This document shows, piece after piece, positions 6,941-11,534 of a DNA stretch of 11,534 nt. Below the pieces are notes generated by a model. The model was not told the origin of the DNA and ran no database searches. It worked only from the letters and a program-made list of their open reading frames with translations. The translations under genes and the position numbers were made by a program. Within the stretch, counting starts at the first letter, position 1, and each line of letters opens with the position of its first letter. The stretch comes from Candidatus Jordarchaeales archaeon (GTDB lineage: Archaea; Asgardarchaeota; Jordiarchaeia; Jordiarchaeales; Freyrarchaeaceae). Location: NCBI GenBank assembly GCA_038858525.1, contig JAWCFL010000049.1:1-11534 (forward strand). The letters are read 5' to 3'.

Positions 6941-6942
6941 GT

Positions 6943-8103
6943 TTAATCACCTCCCATCCACAATTTGAATCTTCCAAACCCCATGTGGGTGAAGCCACCA
7001 ACACCTTTAACTTCGAGCAGAAGGAGGGGTTCAGCTAGATCCTTCATGTCGCTAGTTCTAAAGTAGAGGACTGACCCGGGGCTTAAAGCGTGTATCACAG
7101 GCCGCCTTTGGTCGTACTTAAGGTTCCACCCGGAGACGGACACCGTTCCGCCCTGTGAGCACAGGTAATCGGCTTTCGCGCTCACCCTGCGGCCAAGCAG
7201 GTCCTCGTAGCTCCTTAAAGCCTCCACGACTACTTCTTCTCTTAGAACAGTCGACTTCAAACCTTTGTCAAGCACAAGCTTGAAAGCTGGTGAAAGGCAC
7301 TCCAAGCAGAAGTACTCCGCGTGCTTCACGCTCTTCACCATTCTCGAAAGCCAGTCTCTGAGATTCTCCCTGGAGACGGATTCAACCATGGTTACGCCGA
7401 ACCCCCTGCTCTTAGCCCCCCCAACCCTCAGCTCTCCGCCTTTCATCTTCTCAAGGTAATCCGTCAGCCGGCTTGAGGGCGACAGCACCGTGAAGGCATA
7501 CCTCTGACCCGGCCTTACGGTGTCTATGGAGAACAGCATGCCTTCCTCAGCGATCCCCCTAGCCCTATTGATGGCCGTCATAGCCACCCTCAATGACTCG
7601 ACGGGTACACTCTCGCCGCATTTGGGGCAGAGCCAGCCTTCAGCCGGCTCCAACGAGACGAGACCACACCTTTGTTCCTGCATCATTGGACACGCTATAT
7701 TAGCTCTCCATAATTCCTTCCCGCTCTTAAGGGCGTCGATGAACTTATCGAGCAGCGAGCCATGCCAGCCGCACTTCTTACACTTAAATGCGAAGCTTGG
7801 AGCTGGCACCGCTGCCACTCCGCACTCTTCATGTATCGGGGTTGCATCGCTGAATACGGGATTGGTCCTGGAAAACTCGTTGTACAGGCAGCCGTCAGCC
7901 TTATGGCAGCTGCTGCACGTCACCTCCCTATCCTTCCCTTCAAGGAAGTCGCAGAACTCTGAGAGGATAGCTGCCCCGACAGCTCCTCTAACCATCCACG
8001 ACGGTAGGTGGTTTCTCGAGTAGTGCACCCCCCTTCTAACCTTTCCGAGGCCGATGAACAGCGGAGAGCCGGCCTTTACGACGACGGAAACCAGGTCCAA
8101 CAT
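6943..8103 (-). CDS. csx10: Csx10 (Cas5-group two-RAMP subunit of type III-D), 386 aa
   Basis: SPLFIG, HLPSWMVRGAVG, FSDATP, TAINRARGIAEEGMLF and VGGAKSRGFG, then a second RAMP with PGSVLYF and GVGGFTHMGFGRF. GAGGTG Shine-Dalgarno. Confidence 0.85.
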   Translation of the reverse strand: MLDLVSVVVKAGSPLFIGLGKVRRGVHYSRNHLPSWMVRGAVGAAILSEFCDFLEGKDREVTCSSCHKADGCLYNEFSRTNPVFSDATPIHEECGVAAVPAPSFAFKCKKCGWHGSLLDKFIDALKSGKELWRANIACPMMQEQRCGLVSLEPAEGWLCPKCGESVPVESLRVAMTAINRARGIAEEGMLFSIDTVRPGQRYAFTVLSPSSRLTDYLEKMKGGELRVGGAKSRGFGVTMVESVSRENLRDWLSRMVKSVKHAEYFCLECLSPAFKLVLDKGLKSTVLREEVVVEALRSYEDLLGRRVSAKADYLCSQGGTVSVSGWNLKYDQRRPVIHALSPGSVLYFRTSDMKDLAEPLLLLEVKGVGGFTHMGFGRFKLWMGGD

Positions 8104-8104
8104 C

Positions 8105-8752
8105 TCACCTCATCAAGGACAGGAGCCTTCTCACCTTCTCGTCTCCCGGGACTTCGCCCTCCACGCTTCTGACATTCACCCTTACCAGCCCCTTCTTTCC
8201 ACCCAGCCCCCTGAACTCCAGCTCTCTCAATGACGCCAACAGGAGAACCCACTCTTCGACGTCGAGGTCGCGCAGCAGTATCTTTGAGCGGAAAACCGTT
8301 TTTGGGGGGAGAAACTCGTAAGTGTAGAGGAAGCCCTCCTTTACCGTTCCGGTCTCCCTATCTATAGCTATTCCGACCCCAGTCTGGGGGGTTACGTCAT
8401 CCGCTAGTGCATCGTAAAAGACGGCTTTCCCCTCAACTTCCGGTCCGCCGAACACGTCGCAGGAAAGACACTTCCCTTCGAGTCCAGCGTGCTCTTCAAC
8501 CATCTCCTCTGGGCGAGGAGACGTGCAGCTTCTCCTCCTATCCGAGTTCGCCAAAGCCGTAAAATAAGCTCTCAGGGCGCCCTTGAGCGTCGATGCTGGA
8601 ATAATGAACCTAGCGCTTCCTCTACTGTAAACCATTCTTCTGACTGGATTGTCTATGTGGCGGAACTCCGAGGGCTGCCCAGTTCCCACGTGCAGCTTGC
8701 TTAGGACTTCGAGCTCAATGTTGAGTGTAGCCGCACGGCTAAACTTTCTCAG
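8105..8752 (-). CDS. csm3: Cas7-group RAMP (Csm3-like), ~215 aa, probable CTG start
   Basis: LHVGTG, HIDNPV, IIPASTLKGALR, CLSCDVFG, IAIDRETG, GLGGKKG. The first RAMP strand (TLNIELEVLSKLH) lies upstream of the ORF-track GTG at 8689, so the start must be earlier. CTG at 8752 follows AGGAGGAGG. Confidence 0.88.
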   Translation of the reverse strand: MRKFSRAATLNIELEVLSKLHVGTGQPSEFRHIDNPVRRMVYSRGSARFIIPASTLKGALRAYFTALANSDRRRSCTSPRPEEMVEEHAGLEGKCLSCDVFGGPEVEGKAVFYDALADDVTPQTGVGIAIDRETGTVKEGFLYTYEFLPPKTVFRSKILLRDLDVEEWVLLLASLRELEFRGLGGKKGLVRVNVRSVEGEVPGDEKVRRLLSLMR

Positions 8753-11237
8753 GGCTTATCCCTCCTCCTAGGACCTTGACCAGGTCTAACATGTCTGAAA
8801 GGCGAATAGACACACTTGAGCTGTGAGGATTAAGGAGCATGAACACTTTTTGCAGAAGGTTAGGGCTCCTTCCTCCCCTAAACGTCTCCCTCATCACGTA
8901 TAGCATAGCTAAAGCCTTCTCCTTGCTCGCCTCTCTCCCGGCGCTCTTGAACATGTTCAAAATCCTGACGCTCCACCTAGCCAAGCTCCTGAGCTCCTTG
9001 AACCACTCATCGTCCACTTTAAAGTTCCCATTTCCCCTGATGGACTCCCAGAACTTGTCGAATGACAGGAGGCAGCGCAGAAGCTGTGTGAAGTCCCTTT
9101 CTAGAGCAGCTTCAGAGAGATGGGCGCCGTCCTTCGGAACAAAGTAAGGCTTACATGTTAGCCCCCAGCTCTCGATTGTTGCTCTCAAGCTCTCCATACC
9201 GTCCCGCCCAGGGGACCCCGCGGTCAGCCACTCGAAATCAATATATCCCTTAGCGCACTGCTCAACGTCGCTGTAACTCTGCATGTAGAGCTTCTTAGCG
9301 TTCTTCAAGAGCCACTCGGCAACCTCCATCATGCTGTAAACGGGACGCCTCGCGTTCGAATTCACGACGGCAACGGAAAGCGTCAAGACCCCACCAGTAA
9401 GCTCATAGAACTTCGAAATGAGAACCAAGGCTACAGGGATACCGAGGTAGCCTGGAACGAACCACAACAAGTCGTCCCCACCCATATAAATCTCGCCGAA
9501 CATGAGCCTAGCCTCGTCAAACTCACGGCCACACCTTTTAGCATAGTCATAAACACAACTCCTCACCTCACCCATAACCTTATCCAAGAGAATGTTTTTC
9601 TCCACCAGCTCAGTTATACTCAAACTCCTAGCTAGAAACTCCGAGGCACGGTTACCATCCGCCTTAACAACGGAGACGTCAGGAACCTCCAACTCCCCCC
9701 TAGTGACATCCGCTATTTTTTCAGGGTGACACCCGGCGATAAAATCCATCACGTTAAGGACAACGTCACTCAGCCTGACGCCGCTCAACTTCCCAGACCT
9801 AATACACTCATCAAACACCCTCGCCAGCCCCCTCTCACTCTTTCCGACATCATACTTGTTCATGCACGCCTCACAGTAGTGAAGCTCCCTCTCGGAAACA
9901 TAGTGCTTTGCCGGGCGTTCACCGCACGCCTCACACATCTTAACGCTGCCCAAGTAGACCTCTCCTCCACCACCAACCACCCTCTTCCTGTAGGCAAGCT
10001 TCCTCATGGCTAACGTCCTCACAGCCCCAAAACTATGAGTCTTCATAGTTCCGACGCCGAAACGCAAGTAGTCCACCGTGAAGCCGCAACCACCCTTAAC
10101 GTGCCCCACGAAAGCGTCAAGCATGCGGCAAGCCACATCATCAGCAAGATCAGCCGGGCATATTAGCATAATGTTCCCCCCGCCACTAAACAACACGCAC
10201 TCAGGGGGGAGCACATCCAGAACAGCCCCATAAACAGCCTCGTCGAAAGCCTCCTCCACCAGTATGCTTCCACCCTTAATCTCGTAAAGACTGTTCCCCC
10301 CATCAACGAAGCGCTTAATACCCCTAGCGTCACCCACCACCATCGCCAACTCCCCCTCCTCCCCCAAAACATAGCCTCCCCTTCCACCCAGCTCATTGAG
10401 AAGCCACCTCGAAGCATACTCGCCACTCCTCTCACCGAAAACCTGCGTCATCCTCTTAACGTCATCATCACCAATAGACTCCCAAAACCTCCACTCACCA
10501 AAACGCTCCTCATCCACATCGAAGCCAGAACCCCTCAAAACCTCAACCGCAAAACGCAACACCCTATCACTACTAGCAGTCGCAACATCAGCCTCACTCA
10601 CCAGCTGAGCAAGCCACCTAGCTTTCGCAGGAGCAGAATCAGGAAAATGATGAAAACGGACAGCACTACACAAAAGATCAACCAAGCCATCATCCAAAAC
10701 ACCTCCAAGCAACTCTCTAACCTTATGCTCCCCCCTCTCGTTGTGGTTACGCCAATCAACAGGCTTACCTAAATCATGAAGCAAACCAGCAAGGCGAGCA
10801 ACCTGCGCCTTATCATCACCCATCCTCCTATTAACAGCCAAACAATAAGCAACAGCACCAGTCTCACGCAAATGAACATAAAGCGAAGAAAAATTCAAGC
10901 CAGGACGAGTATCGGCAGGAAGCCTCAAGAAAAAACCAACCTTCCCCCAACACTCTCCAAGCTTCCCAAGAACATCCCCCCCAAACTTCCTCCCAACAAG
11001 CAACCTAACATGACGCCTCCTCCTTTCAGACGGAAGACCACCCTCAAAGAAAGAAAAAAAGCAATCCGCAACACCCTCAACACCAAGACCACCCATCCCA
11101 GCAACAAAATCCAAAAAATCCCTAAACAAACGATAAGACTCATCAGCAACACGACCAACACAATCATTATCCAAAACATCAACATAACAAGGAACACCAC
11201 CATCCAAACGAGGAACAAAAAACCCCCTAACAACCAT
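8739..11237 (-). CDS. cas10: Cas10 large subunit with HD nuclease and Palm/cyclase domains, 832 aa
   Basis: HD domain (HLRETG...LLHDLGKP...FHH...EADVATASSDR), Palm1 (VVGDARGIKRF, FSGGGN), Zn finger (CEAC...CEAC), Palm2 (KADGN...YMGGDDL). ATG at 11237 is preceded by GGAGGGTG. Confidence 0.96.
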   Translation of the reverse strand: MVVRGFFVPRLDGGVPCYVDVLDNDCVGRVADESYRLFRDFLDFVAGMGGLGVEGVADCFFSFFEGGLPSERRRRHVRLLVGRKFGGDVLGKLGECWGKVGFFLRLPADTRPGLNFSSLYVHLRETGAVAYCLAVNRRMGDDKAQVARLAGLLHDLGKPVDWRNHNERGEHKVRELLGGVLDDGLVDLLCSAVRFHHFPDSAPAKARWLAQLVSEADVATASSDRVLRFAVEVLRGSGFDVDEERFGEWRFWESIGDDDVKRMTQVFGERSGEYASRWLLNELGGRGGYVLGEEGELAMVVGDARGIKRFVDGGNSLYEIKGGSILVEEAFDEAVYGAVLDVLPPECVLFSGGGNIMLICPADLADDVACRMLDAFVGHVKGGCGFTVDYLRFGVGTMKTHSFGAVRTLAMRKLAYRKRVVGGGGEVYLGSVKMCEACGERPAKHYVSERELHYCEACMNKYDVGKSERGLARVFDECIRSGKLSGVRLSDVVLNVMDFIAGCHPEKIADVTRGELEVPDVSVVKADGNRASEFLARSLSITELVEKNILLDKVMGEVRSCVYDYAKRCGREFDEARLMFGEIYMGGDDLLWFVPGYLGIPVALVLISKFYELTGGVLTLSVAVVNSNARRPVYSMMEVAEWLLKNAKKLYMQSYSDVEQCAKGYIDFEWLTAGSPGRDGMESLRATIESWGLTCKPYFVPKDGAHLSEAALERDFTQLLRCLLSFDKFWESIRGNGNFKVDDEWFKELRSLARWSVRILNMFKSAGREASKEKALAMLYVMRETFRGGRSPNLLQKVFMLLNPHSSSVSIRLSDMLDLVKVLGGGISPEKV

Positions 11238-11239
11238 CA

Positions 11240-11534
11240 AAACACCCTCCAACCAACCAAACACACAAAACAACATTAAAAACTCAACACATATAAATTT
11301 TTACCCAAAATCTCTACACAAAAACAAAATAAAAAAACGAAAACCACAAACCAACACCACAAAACCCCCAACAACAAACACAAAAACACACCACACCATC
11401 ACAACCGCACCAACAACGCAACACCCACCCACCCACAAAACCCCCACCCAACAACCACACAAAGAAAAACAAAAAACCACCCAACCAATCAAAAAATTCT
11501 CCACCCCAGAAAACCACACAACAACAAGCACAAC
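11240..11534. other. Low-complexity A/C-rich (minus strand G/T-rich) non-coding region upstream of cas10
   Basis: 11401-11460 has 58/60 A+C and no T; mirror image of 300-1140. Confidence 0.75.
11287..11306 (-). promoter_or_regulatory. Archaeal BRE/TATA promoter of the cas10 operon
   Basis: Minus strand GGGTAAAAA-TTTATAT-GTGT; the TATA box is ~54 nt upstream of the cas10 ATG. Confidence 0.72.

Noticed and set aside
3781-10608. Numerous short + strand ORFs antisense to cas genes (e.g. 4603-4983, 5704-6063, 7520-8023, 8839-9147)
   Set aside because: They lie wholly opposite well-supported cas genes and show no motifs or ribosome-binding sites.
10776-11534. ORFs 10776-11279 (+), 10925-11233 (-), 11301-11531 (-), 11314-11517 (-) and the 11238-11276 extension of cas10
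   Set aside because: Low-complexity artefacts overlapping cas10 or its promoter; the Shine-Dalgarno supports ATG 11237.

Overview
Archaeal (probably thermophilic) defence locus with three parts. (1) The end of a CRISPR array on the + strand: four 37-bp repeats, the last degenerate, with spacers of 37, 38 and 36 bp. (2) Two overlapping + strand genes encoding a prokaryotic Argonaute split into an N-L1-PAZ-L2 half (with an extra ~95-aa N-terminal segment) and a MID-PIWI half whose catalytic tetrad is degenerate. (3) A convergent, tightly packed type III-D-like CRISPR effector operon on the - strand: cas10 (HD and GGDD intact), cas7, csx10, cas11, cas7, cas7, csm5-like cas7, and a 93-aa orphan. 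No cas6, adaptation gene, cOA effector (CARF/SAVED) or typical pAgo partner effector is recognisable in the window. The most interesting feature is the split, apparently nuclease-dead pAgo lying between the array and the type III genes. Also notable: a mirror-image G+T strand bias that peaks at both promoter ends and fades into the genes, and a probable CTG start codon. All family calls are motif recognition by eye, not database searches.
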